Assembly (NCBI GenBank): GCA_951406725.2
Contig: OX597834.1
Span: 37,262,001 to 37,326,000, forward strand
Reading direction: 5' to 3'
Source of the DNA: Octopus vulgaris
Lineage: Eukaryota
Length of the DNA: 64,000 bases
Shown here one piece after another: positions 39,980 to 52,504 of the stretch. Below the pieces are notes generated by a model. The model searched no databases, had not been told where the DNA came from, and saw only the letters and a program-made list of their open reading frames with translations. The position numbers and the translations under genes were made by a program. The stretch's first letter is position 1; the number at the start of each line of letters is the position of its first letter.

Positions 39980-40695
39980 AGTTATTTTTGCTATATATAT
40001 ATGAAGAATTTCATCTTCCTTGCTTTCTTTCTTTTTTCTGTTTTCATTCATTTTCCTATTTTCTCATCTATTTTTTCGCTTGTATTTCTTTTTTTTTATC
40101 TTATGTCATTCATTTCTTTTCCTTTTTTTCTTTCTCCAAATTTAAAATTTCTTTTCTGTTTTCTTCATCAGCTTTTCTTTATATTTTCCTTCCATTCTTT
40201 CATTCATTAATAAATCTTTCTTCAAATTTTTGTATCTTTCTTTTCTCTTTCTATTATTTCCCTTATTTTCTTTCCAAGTCTTTTAATTCTTTCTTCCAAT
40301 TCATTTGTTCTTTCCCTCTTTCTTCATTTATCTTCAATTATAGTTTCCTTCATTTCTTCCTTATATTTTTCTTTCATCTATAATCCCTTTTAGTTTTTTC
40401 TTCAATTTTTTTCTTTCTTCTAATTCTTTCTCTCATTATTTTCATTCATTTCTTACCTTGTTCTTTCTTAATTTTCTAATTCCTTCATCTTTAATCATTT
40501 TCTTTTTAATTCTCTTGTCCTTCTTTCCTTCAATTCTTCAGTTTTTTGTTTGTATTTCTTCCTTCCTTCGAATTATTCTAATTCTTTCTTTTAATTCTTT
40601 TGTCTCTTTCTTCTTTCCTTCCAATTCTTCAAATTCTTTCCTTTTAATTCTTCCATCTCTTAATTTTTCTAATTCTTTCTTTTCTTTTGCACATC

Positions 40696-40745
<50 letters not shown>

Positions 40746-41219
40746 CCATCATTCAAATTTTCAATATTTCTTCACAAACAAAAAAAAAATTCTTATATTT
40801 TTTCACTATTTTATAAGAAATTCCAAATTAGAATTTAAAATGAAAAAGAAATTGAAATGCTGTTTTGTTTTTTTTTAATTTTCAAATCAAATTAGCCAAG
40901 AAACTTCTGCACCTATTCACCCCTTCCACTGCGACCAAAATTACTAGATTTTATATCATTTATTTAATTATTCAGTTTTTCATACAATTATTTAATCAAA
41001 GAGTAGGTTAGTTGTGACATGATGGGTGAAGCTGAATTTGAACTCTTGATCCTCATTGATAAAACTCCAGCATTTGGTGGGGTGGGGTGGGGAGAGGGGA
41101 GGAAGAGAGAGTGACTAACAGAATTATATATATATATAGAGAGAGAGAGAGAGTGAGAGAGACAAGCAAACAGGAGAAAGAGAGATAAACGGAACAAGGG
41201 AGAGGGACAGCGAGAGATA

Positions 41220-41250
<31 letters not shown>

Positions 41251-41620
41251 TCTAACAGAGACATAGAGACATTGAAAGAAATAATGAAAGAAAAAAAGAG
41301 AGGGAAAGATAAACAGAGAGAAGACAGAAACAGAGACAGTGAAGGAGAGAGAGAGAGATGATGAAAGACCAAGAGAGGGAGGAAGAAATAGAGGGATACT
41401 AACTGACACAGAAAGAGACAATGAGAGAAAGACAAATGGGGAGAGAGGAAGACATTCAAAGACATAGAGAAAGACAGAGATAGGGGGAGAGAAATAAAGA
41501 GAGAGATGCAAACATAGGGAAAGAGAAAGACAAAGACGTAGAGAGAGGGGGAGAGAAGTAGAGACAATGAAAGAAAAACACAGAAATAGAGAGGGGGAGG
41601 GAAAGAGAAAGAAAGAAACT
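39980..41620. repeat. T/C-rich low-complexity tract (39980-40745) followed by a GA-rich tract (41130-41620)
   Basis: Direct inspection. Confidence 0.85.
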
Positions 41621-41959
41621 TATTAAACAAGAATAGAACAGCAACAAAATAAACAAGAGGATCTTGGGGTAGTTTCCTTGGCTACAATTGGGATCAGTCT
41701 TAGTGGCCCCATGGCAATACCTATATTACAAAACCAGAAATTTGGGAGAAGGAACAGTTATTTACATGACCCCAATATATAACTGGTACTTTTTATTTTT
41801 ACCTAGGCTAATAACCTTGGCAGTTATTTTACTGACCCAAAAAGAATGAATAGCAAAGTCGACTTTGGCAGTATTTGAACTCAGAATGTTGAGCTCAGCA
41901 TTTTGCCCGGCGTGCTAATGGCTCTGCCAGCTTACCACTTTAATAGTAATAATAAAATT

Positions 41960-42390
41960 GGACATTATTTACATTTGATGGATATTTGTTCTCATCTTGT
42001 TTGACTCTCCAGCCTTCATCAGGTGTCTTGGGGAAATTTCAAACCTGGGTCCTCATTCTTAAGGTATTTTTCGATGCTATTGTTATTCAGGTTACTGCCT
42101 GGAATTGAACTCAGAATCTTGGGGCATATGGCAAGAGTGTGGGCTACTAACCCCAAGATTCCGAGTTCAATTCTAGGCAGTGATCTGAGGAATAATAACA
42201 ACAACAATAATAATAATATCAAAAAATACCTTAGGAAGGTGAACACAGGTTCGAAATTTCCCCAAGACACCTGATGAAGGCGGGAGGGTATACCAGCTGA
42301 AACATGTTAACAACAAACAAGATGAAGACAAATATCCGTCAAATGTAAATAATGCACATAATTCCTCATCTCTTGAATATAGAACTATAA
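41960..42390. mobile_element. Two family E SINEs fused head-to-head (minus about 41960-42123, plus about 42121-42390)
   Basis: The arms are reverse complements (mirror ORFs MSWGNF... on both strands). Confidence 0.8.
42266..42310 (+). ncRNA. Minimal hammerhead ribozyme-like motif (degenerate)
   Basis: CTGATGA at 42271-42277, GAAA at 42299-42302, palindromic ACATGT in the stem III position; 3' strand of stem I damaged. Confidence 0.4.
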
Positions 42391-42704
42391 TAAAAATGGT
42401 TTTGAATTTTGGTATGTTGCTTAAACTTACCTGAGGAACATGGAGGTTTATATAGCCTAATGCTGTAATAGACGCATGACAACAATCACAACAAGATGAT
42501 AATAATAATAATAATAATAATACAACCAAGAACAAAAGTTTGTGTTTTTTTTTTTTGTTTTTGCTAAAAATGAATGAAATAAATCAACATTGTTAAGATG
42601 TTTGGAAGAAATTTATTATATATTCATGAGAATGAAATATATTGCCCATACTCGCTTATACATATACACAGATATATACGCACAAGCATACACACACACA
42701 TATC

Positions 42705-42739
<35 letters not shown>

Positions 42740-43034
42740 TACACGTGTACACAAAAAACTACACTCACAGATACACGTAGTTAATTTTTGGTGTGTGTGT
42801 GTAATATAAGCATGCATATATATATATATGTATTTATGAATATATGTATATATCTACATATGTATTTATATATATATATCTACATATGCATTTATATATA
42901 TATATATATACACATATGCATTTATATATATATATGAGATGTAGATTGGAGAGTATATACACACAGCTATATTTAAATCAAAATATATACTAATAATGCA
43001 TACACATTCACAATCTCTCTCTCTCTCCCTGTTT

Positions 43035-43068
<34 letters not shown>

Positions 43069-43184
43069 ATATATATAATGACGTGTATAGTCACATAGAA
43101 AATGTTTACACATGTAAGAAAAAACATACATACGCATCTATAAATATGGTACAGTCACATACATATATGCATATACAAACATAT

Positions 43185-43236
<52 letters not shown>

Positions 43237-44334
43237 GTAATCATGTATTGTCATAATATAATCGCATCATAATATTGTCACATTATTTTGGAGGGGGTGA
43301 AAAAATGGGGGTGGGGAGCAGCCGGGTTAGGGGCCCGAAGTGCTGTTGGTAATGTTGTTTACAGCAGTACACTGAAAGAAATACTTGTATAACAAAATTA
43401 AACATACATCCATAATGAGTTTATACACACAAACATGCATACGTGTGTGTGTGTGTGTGTGTGAATGTATATGTGTGCGTATTTATGTATGACAGTGAAT
43501 ATGTTCGTGTGTGTGTATATATACATATGTATGTGTGTTTGTTTGTGTGCATGTGTATATATATGTGTGTGTTTATGTATGTGTGTGTGTGTTTATGCAT
43601 ATATGTGAGTGTGCATATATATGTGGGGGTGTACATATATGTATGTGTGTATATACATGTATGTATGTGTATGTATATACATGTATATGTATGTATATAT
43701 ATGTATGTGTGTGTATGTATATATATGTATGTATATGTGTGTATGTATATATATGTATGTATGTGTGTGTATGTATATATATGTATGTATGTGTGTGTGT
43801 ATATATATGTGTGCATATGTGTATATATATGTATGTGTACATATATATATATGTGTGTGTATATATATGTATATATATATAGCAATGATGAAAAGACAGA
43901 TGATATCTATATGATGGAAATGACAATAACGGTAAAGATATTACAGGTTTATCGAAATTATTATAATAATCCTTTCTACTATGAGCACAAGGCCTGAAAT
44001 TTGATTATAAACCCCCTATTCCGGTCCACTGCTAATTATCTTACTGACCCTGGAAGAATGCAAAGCAAAGATGACCTCAATGGAATTTGAACTCAGAACA
44101 TAAACCTGGAAGAAATGCTTTTGTTCATTTAGTTTGGCGCTGTAAAGTTTTGGCAAGCTCGCTACCTTAATACCTTTAATAATAATAACAAGAACACTGA
44201 TAGAGTGCAAAGCTCCACCAGGGTATCATCAACATCCTCTCAATGATTGGCCAGAGAGGATTTTTAAAATGAGATTATCTGAAATAAACTCAACTGCTCT
44301 CACAAATGAGAATGCTAAAAATGAACCTGACCGC

Positions 44335-44545
44335 TCTGAAAAATAAGTAAAAGAGCAGGAAAAATAATCCAGAATACTAGTCCGAAGCTGGATTGATCCC
44401 AAAATCTAATGAGTTCATGCCAGTCACGAGACCAAACATCCCTGAAAGTTTCATCCGAATCCATCCAGTGGTTCTTGAGATATCTTGTCCAGAGATAAAC
44501 AAACAAACAAATGCAACTGAAAACAATGCCTTCGCTAAGGTAGAA
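44335..44545 (-). mobile_element. Helentron/DINE-like non-autonomous element fragment
   Basis: On minus: CCTTAGCGAAGG head, (TTTG)n tract, GGATGGATTCGGATGAAACTTTCAGG core. Confidence 0.45.
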
Positions 44546-44569
44546 GTAATAATAATAATAACGTCATTT

Positions 44570-44990
44570 ATTTGCCTCAAGGGCAAAGGATGAAGGGGAC
44601 AATACAAAGACAGACATAAAGTGTTGGGGTTTGCATATATTGAAATGATAAAAAAAACTAAGGAACTATACACGGAAAAAGAAGGGTCATATATGCTTAG
44701 CATACAAAAGTTAGTAAAAAAAAAAAACATGGCAGGAAGGATGATAAAGATGTGGCTCTCCTGATACAGGAAGGCCTCTAGGGATAATCGAGAAACCCCA
44801 CTATCCGAGATTTTCCTGAAACCCCAAGAGCAAGTGTCCCCGCCAATTCCTTCTCTCTGACTTACAGGTTTACACTCAGAAAGGTACCATCCACTCTTAC
44901 AACTTTCACCCAACTTTCAATAAACTCACTCGAGGACAGCACTTGCCTCTCTACTCTCAGTTTCCATTTCAAGTGAAATTTGAAGAAGTC
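44570..44990 (-). mobile_element. L1/Tx1-like LINE 3' fragment
   Basis: FFKFHLKWKLRVERQVLSSSEFIESW followed by a 3' UTR ending AATAAA; a related 3' UTR lies in the opposite orientation at about 45040-45305. Confidence 0.5.
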
Positions 44991-45309
44991 AATAATAATA
45001 ATAATAATAATGGTTAAAGTTTTAGGTCTATTTCTAGCAATAGAGAAGGAATTGGAGAGGGCACTTGCTCCTAGGGTTTCAGGGAAATCTTGTTCAGTGG
45101 GGTTCCACGATTATCCCTAGGGGCCTTCCTGCATCAGGAGGGCCACATCTCTATCATCCCCCTCTTTTTTTAAACCTTTGTACACCATGCATTTGTCCTT
45201 TCTTTTTCAGTATATACCATGTATACTTTTTTTTTCTTTTATCATTTCATTATTATATATAAACCCCCACATTTCATGTCTGTCTCTGTATTGTCCCTCT
45301 CATAATGAA

Positions 45310-45352
<43 letters not shown>

Positions 45353-47897
45353 TAAGGTCAGTGGAAGTTGGTAAGCTGAGTGAATTATTACGGTGCCATA
45401 CAAAGTGTTTAGCAGCATTTTTCCTGGATCTTTATGCTCTGAATTTCAATGCTGCCAAGAACAACTTTGCTGTTCACCTTTTTTGGATGGTGATGGTGAG
45501 GTGGGGGGGGGGGGTCAGTCAATAAAATAAGTAGCAGTTGGGTACTGGGGTTGATGTAATTGATTAACCTTAACCCTATTTCCCAAAAATTTCAGGTCTT
45601 GTGTCAAAAGTAGAATTTATATGAAAGTGGTGAATTTGGCTGAATCATTAGAGCATTGGAAAAATTACTTTCAGCTCACTAAGTTCAATTCCTACCGAGG
45701 TCAGTTTTAATTTTCATTTTTTCAGGTTTGAATAAAATAAAATACCAGTCAAGTACGGTGGCCAATGAAATTAATTAACTCTTTCTTCTCATAATTGCTG
45801 GCCATGTGCGTAAATAAAAAAAAACATTATTATTATTATTATTAAACATGTGCCCATGGTCACGTGTTTTTAGACAATTGCTGTAGTCAAGTATATTGAC
45901 ACCCTAGCTCACTATTGTGGGACAACCTTAGTAAAATTAAAAGTAAAATTGACCTTGAAAGATTTCGTACTGAACTTAAAAATATAAAGACTAGACTACC
46001 ACTGTGCGTTTTGTTTGGTGCTCAACCGACCCTGCCAATTCACTGTCTTCAAAAATAATATTTTCTTAAAAGCAAAATGTCCTTAAGTAGATTCGAACTC
46101 AGATTCTAAAGACCCAGAACAAATACTGCAAGACGAACGGTTCTGGCAATCCATTATTGTTTTTTATCTTTTTATTATTTGTTTTCAGTCATTTGACTTT
46201 GGCCATGCTGGAGTACCACTTTTAGTTGAAGAAATCAACCCCAGGACTTATTCTTTGTAAGCCTGGTACTTATTCTATCGGTCCCTTTCTGCCAAACCGC
46301 TAAGTTACGGGGACATAAACACACCAGCATCGGTTGTCATGTGATGGTGGTGGGAGACAAATGCAGACACACAAACATACACACATGATGGGCTTCTTTC
46401 AGTTTCCGTCTATCCACTCACAAGGCTTTGGTCAGCCTGAGACTATAGTAGGAGACACTAGCCCAAGGTGCCACGCAGTGGAACCGAATCCGAAACCATG
46501 TGATTGGGAAGCAAGCTTCTTACCACACAGCCACTCCTGCGCCTCTTGTTCATTATAATTATAATTTTTGGAGAGGGGGATTAGTCAATTACATTGACCC
46601 CAGTGTTTTACTGGTACTTATTTTATCAACCCTGAAGGGATGAAAGGCTAGGTTGACCTTGGCGATATTTGAACTCTACCATTCCTGTCTGCCACCACTC
46701 ATCATTCTTAATACTTATTTGTTTTACTTGCCACAAGGGCAATCACTAGAAGGAGGGCATTACGTGGGTGAATTAGAATGATGGAAGGCGGCATGGATAA
46801 ATAATAATAATAATAATAATTTCAAATTTTGGTACAAGGCCAGCAATTTCAAGGGAAGGGGATAAGTTGATTATATCAACCCCAGTGTACGACTGGTACT
46901 TATTTTATTGACCCCAAAAGGATGAATGGCAAAGTTGACCTTGACAGCATTTCAACTCCAAATGTACAGACAGATGAAATGTCGCTAAGCATTTTGCCCA
47001 GCATGCTAACGATTCTGCCTGCTTGCCACTTTATAATAATGATAATAATAATAATAATAATGATAATTATCCTTTTTACTATATGCACAAGGCCTGAATT
47101 TTGTGGTAGAGGACTAGTCGATTACATCGACCCCAGTACGCAACTGGTACTTTATCGACCCTAAAAGGATAAAAAGCAATGTCGACCTTGGCAGAATTTG
47201 AACTCTCAACATAAAGACAGACAAAATACTGCTAAGCATTTTGCCCGGCGCGCTAACGATTCTGCCAGCTCACGGCCTTAGTATTAATGATGATGATAAT
47301 AATAATAATAAAAAAAAAATAGATGATGCTAAAATTGTAATACAAAATTAGTTTAGTGTTTCTGATAACAACATCAACTCTCAATGATGATGATGATGAT
47401 GATGATTATGGCGCTGAGGAAGCAAAGAATAATAACAAATGCCAAATTGGTAATGAAGGAGAATGTTCCATGTCAAAGTTGAGAACGGCATTTTGGTAAA
47501 TGTTTAATTGGTTAATTATATATATATTGATTATGGTCTCAAGTGGAATACAAAACGAAGGTATATTCATATGTGTATTTGTATGTGTGTGTGTTCCTGT
47601 GTACGTACACATATATGTATATCTATGTGTGTTTGTGTATATGTGTATGTATGTATGTATGTTTACTGTTATATAATTGTATGAGTATATAGCTTACACA
47701 AACATAAATACATGAATCCCAATATATACATTTCAATACACACACACACACACATATATTTATACACATTTGTGTTTTTATATATTTATTTTACTATGTG
47801 AATATTCATATAAACATGGTACATATATAAACCGAAATATATATACATATGTATGTTGAAAGTGTACTCAAATAACACTATTTTATTTTGCACTAGC

Positions 47898-47957
<60 letters not shown>

Positions 47958-48486
47958 CACACACTCTCACAGACATGCCCACACACATATAGACCAGTAT
48001 ATATAAACATATAAAATTAAATACAATAATGCATATACTTACATACATACATACACACACATACACACATGTATATGTATTCTCATTTTTTTTATTCTTT
48101 CATAATTCCTTCTAAGTTCCTTTTCTTCTTCTTCTTCTTCCTCCTCCGATTTCGTTTTTTTTTTTTATGTTTTTTTTTTTACTCTTGACATCCCACTCAG
48201 TAAACCTTATTATACACTCCTCATCGGTTGTTAGTGTCAACCCGTGACTGACGACACTGGGGGATGGTCGGAGTGATAGAGGGGAGGAGACAGTAGACCC
48301 TTGGAAGATGGGGTTGGAGTATGACTGATAGCAGATGAGTGATGGAGGAAAAGATGTTGCTGGGAGTTACAACTCATACATACAAATATACATATATAAA
48401 TATATGTATGTATATATTTATATGTATGTATATGTATATATTTATATATGTATGCATGTGCATGTGTATGTATATATATATAAATA

Positions 48487-48728
48487 ATGATCACTTTGAC
48501 CGACCAGTCCGTCAGGCGTCCATTTGACACCGCTGGTCACAGCACGCTGTCCACTCCTCTCTGGATCGCGCCTTTCTCATCCACGTGATCCCAATCGTCC
48601 GCTTGAAATCGTCACTCCACCGTCGTGGAGGTCTTCCGGGTGATCTTTTCCGCTCACGCGGGTACCACTCGACAACTGCGTGCGTCCACCGATTATCGGT
48701 GAGCCGGGCGACGTGTCCAGCCCATCTA
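48487..48728 (-). mobile_element. RTE-clade LINE 3' end
   Basis: RWAGHVAR..DNRWT....EWYPR..KRSPGRPPRRWSDD...W...A.SREEW. Confidence 0.9.
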
Positions 48729-49231
48729 TACATTTATATATAGATATACATACACACAAACAAGTTTATATGCCCACATATAATATATATACACACACAC
48801 ACATGTATGTATATACATGCATACAAACACTCATATAAATGTATTTACATGTATATACATATATATATAAATGCATACATTCATATATATATATTTATGT
48901 GTGTGTATATACACACACATTTATATACACATTTACATATATATTCGTATATATAAATACATATATTGATATTTACACACACACACATATACACATACAT
49001 TTTTACACATACTTACTTTTAAAGATGTTCATGTCTAAATGAAAATTTTGTTTTTTTTAAATTTTTGTATTGAAATTTTGGAATGTCGAATGTATGTGTG
49101 GGTGGGGGTCGTGTGTCATATTTTGGAGACATCACACGAGTCTTTTGGGCAGGGGTCGGAAAATCTTTATATTGCAGAGTCTGTGTTCTTCGAGAAAGTT
49201 CTGAGAAGAATGTAATAGCAGTATATAAAGT

Positions 49232-49464
49232 CTAGTAGTAGAAAACATTCCAAAATATGGCAAAGACCGTACACGCAATGTAAATTCCAAGAGCAAGCCA
49301 CCAAATATATTGTTCATGGAGTTTCTGTTCAAAGTTCTTCAGGACAACTAGACCGATTGTGATTCCGGCCAAAGCTCCCATTAAATGAGCTGTGTACGCA
49401 ACTGGCGGAAGGGCATCGTCCACTGAATACCGGTCCCAGATAGCAAAGCCGACGTCAGCGCTTG
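49232..49464 (-). CDS. Rhomboid-family intramembrane serine protease (RHBDL1-3/insect rhomboid type), terminal coding exon
   Basis: ASADVGFAIWDRY...VAYTAHLMGALAGITIGLVVLKNFEQKLHEQYIWW...FWNVFYY*; catalytic-His motif AHxxGxxxG; pyrimidine tract plus TTGCAG acceptor; TAG at 49234-49232. No upstream exon recognised in the window. Confidence 0.93.
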
Positions 49465-50019
49465 CTGCAATGATACAGAAAGGGAGAAGAAACAGAATAA
49501 GCAATTCAATAATAATAATAATAATAATGATGATTTTAAATTTAAGCAACAAAAGGCCTGAAATTTTGGTGGGGGGCTAGTCAATTTCGTTGAAGGGCAT
49601 CCAGCCGTAAAAATTCTGCCAAAACAGTCACAGAAGCCTGGTGCCGGCTTCTGCCTGGCCAGCTCCTGTCGAACCATTCCACCCATGCCAGCATGGAGGG
49701 CGGATGTTAAATGACAATGATAGTTCTTTATATTTCAAAAGTAATTTGCTGAGCGAATATAGTGATTGGGTTTGTAATTAAGGTAGGGAGGGAAAATATC
49801 TCGACATAAATGGCTGTGAGATTAAGAAGTTTGCTTTGCAAACCTTGTGGCTTCATGTTCAATCCTACTTTGCAGAACAATGTATTCTTGGACAAAACAC
49901 TTCATCTAACAAAGTGCTACCTTGTCCAGGAACTGAAACCATGATCTTGCAGTTATGAGTGTGACACTCTAACAACTAGGCCATGTGCCTTTGCAAACCA
50001 GTATACTAGATTATACTCT

Positions 50020-50215
50020 ACCGTTCTATGTTTAAGAGATGAGGAATTATGTGCATTATTTACATTCGACAGATATTTGTCCTCATCTTGTTTGTTGTTA
50101 ACTCAACATTTCAGCTGATATACCCTCCAGCCTTCATCAGGTGTCTTGGGGAAATTTCGAACATGGGTTCTCATTCCTAAGGTATTCTTCGATGTTGTTG
50201 TTGTTGTTGTTATTA

Positions 50216-50251
<36 letters not shown>

Positions 50252-50780
50252 TCACTGCCTGGAATCGAACTCGGAATCTTGGGGTTAGTAGCCGGTGCTC
50301 TTAACCTCTATGCCATATGCCCATGGGCTGCTCGATCCACATGCTTTCTAGCCAGCTGCTCCTTATGAGCAGCAATCCTGCGCTCATTGGTGACAACAGG
50401 ATGTTTATGGCATAGGTGCTGCAATCGACTTACAGCCGTCAAAAAAGAATGGCTGCAGCAGTCACACTCAAAGAAAGACCGAGTTCGACCAGGGGCAGGC
50501 ACACCAGATGCACCACCACATAAGCCAGCATGACACCTCATAGAATATGGCATAGTGGTTAAGAGCACAGGCTACTAACCCCAAGATTCCGAGTTCGATT
50601 CCAGGCTGTGACCTGAAGAATAATAATAGTGATAACATCAAAAAATATCTTAAGAATGAGAACCCAGGTTCAAAATTTCCCCAAGACACCTGATGAAGGC
50701 TGGAGGGTATATATCAGCCAAAACGTGTTAACAACAAACAAAATGAGGACAAATATCTGCCAAATGTAAATAATGTAAAT
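50020..50780. mobile_element. Two family E SINEs head-to-head (minus about 50020-50325, plus about 50545-50780) around a ~220-bp spacer
   Basis: Reverse-complementary arms; A box TGGCATAGTGG, B box GAGTTCGATTCC. Confidence 0.8.
50100..50145 (-). ncRNA. Minimal type I hammerhead ribozyme-like motif (degenerate)
   Basis: GACAC-CTGATGA-A-GGCTG(loop)CAGCT-GAAA-TGT-T-GAGTT: both core boxes, stem II and an imperfect stem I. Confidence 0.5.
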
Positions 50781-52504
50781 AATATATTTATACTGTACTT
50801 ACCAACTATAAATATGGCACCAAGTTTGAATATTCCAAGTTCCATCTGTGGATAATTCTACAATATAAAAAACAAAAATGGATAAACATGAAAGAAAATA
50901 TGAATATGATTGGAATGTGTTTGGTATTTTACAGACAGGAACATAAATTTTGAATGCAGTATGGCTATGAAAACAGCAGCAAAACTGGATATTTTATCCT
51001 TATAAGATGGGAATAAGTGGCCAGCAGGTGGCTCCCATAGCCATCTACTGGGAACTTATGTCTGTCTTTTAAGGGTAAATACTTAATTTTTCTGCTGTTT
51101 TCAAAGCTATGGCGGCAAGCTGGCAGAAATGTTAGCGCGCCAGGCGAAATGCTTAGTGGTATTTCGTCTGCTGTTATGTTCTGAGTTCAAATTCCGCTGA
51201 GGTCGACTTTGCCTTTCATCCTTTCGGGGTTGATTAAATAAGTACCAGTTACGCACTGGGATCGATGTAATCGACTTAATCCGTCTGTCTGTTCTTGTTT
51301 GTCTCCTCTATGTTTAGCCCCTTGTGGGCAGTAAAGAAATATATACTACATTCGAAATCTACTTTCTTGGCTGTAAAAAAATAGGATTTTTTTTTCCATT
51401 ATTTTATGGAATATATTGAGTGGGAGCAGAAAGATGTCAGAAATGGCCGAGTGCTGGAAGAAATATTTGCTGTTACTTCAATGTATCTGTTTACATTTTA
51501 GATTCAAATTTCTATTTTGTTTTTCTGGAGTTGATAAAAGATAGTAACAGTCATATACTGGGGTCAACTTCAGTACCTGCCAGTATTGTCTTTGATATTT
51601 TAGTTTTTACTTGTTTCAGTCATTGGACAGTGGCCAAGCTGGAGCACCACCTTCAAAAGTTTTAGTCAAAAAAAAAAAAGATCAACCCTAATGCATATTT
51701 TTGAATGGCATTTTTGCCAAACTTATGAATGATGGGGGTTGTAAACAAACCAACATGGGTTGTCCAGCGGTGGTGGTGGGTTGGTGGGAGCAAACACAAA
51801 GACACACACATATATACAGGCAGGCAAACAAATAACTACAACAAGCTTCCTCACAGTTTCTTCTTTCTTTATTGCCCACAAGGGGCTAAACATAGAGAGG
51901 ACAAACAAGGACAAACAAAGGGATTAAGTCGATTACATCGACCCCAGTGTGTAACTAGTACTTAATTTATCGACCTCGGCAGAATTTGAACCCAGAACGT
52001 AATGGCAGACGAAATACTGATAAGCATTTCGCCCAGCGTGCTAACGTTTCTGCCAGCTCACCGCCTTAGTCACAGTTTCTGACCACCAAATCCATTCACA
52101 AGGCTTTGGTCAATCTGAAGCTATAGTTGAAGACGCTATAGTTGAGGGCGGTGAGCTGGCAGAAACGTTAGCTCGCCGGGCGAAATGCTTAGCGGTATTT
52201 CGTCTGCCGCTACGTTCTGAGTTCAAATTCCGCCGAGGTCGACTTTGCCTTTCATCCTTTCGGGGTTGATTAAATAAGTACCAATTACGCACTGGGGTTG
52301 ATGTAATCGACTTAATCTGTGTGTCTGTCCTTGTTTGTCCCCTCTGTGTTTAGCCCCTTGTGGGTAGTAAAGAAACATATAATTGAAGACACTTAAATGA
52401 GGGGCAGTATTGTGTGGGTGAACCGAAAACCACATGGTTTCAAAGCAGGCTTCTTAACAGACAAGAAGAACAGGCATGGCAGCGTGGTTAAGTTTAGTTT
52501 GAAT

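Noticed and set aside
39742-40838. Phe/Leu/Ser-rich membrane-protein-like ORFs
   Set aside because: T/C low-complexity sequence; the same applies to the SLSL ORFs at 30-32 kb and 41 kb
49465-49552. N-terminal part of the tracked 106-aa rhomboid ORF (MLLKFKIIIII...)
   Set aside because: Intronic (ATT)n and pyrimidine tract upstream of the true acceptor at 49465-49466
50308-50568. ORF containing GGASGV, reminiscent of the rhomboid GxSG motif
   Set aside because: No transmembrane context or suitable splice sites; lies between SINE arms
50545-50615. tRNA-like sequence with an ACT anticodon loop (also at 14911, 42121; other tRNA-like heads at 14101, 56600)
   Set aside because: SINE heads continuing into repeat bodies; cloverleaf stems are imperfect
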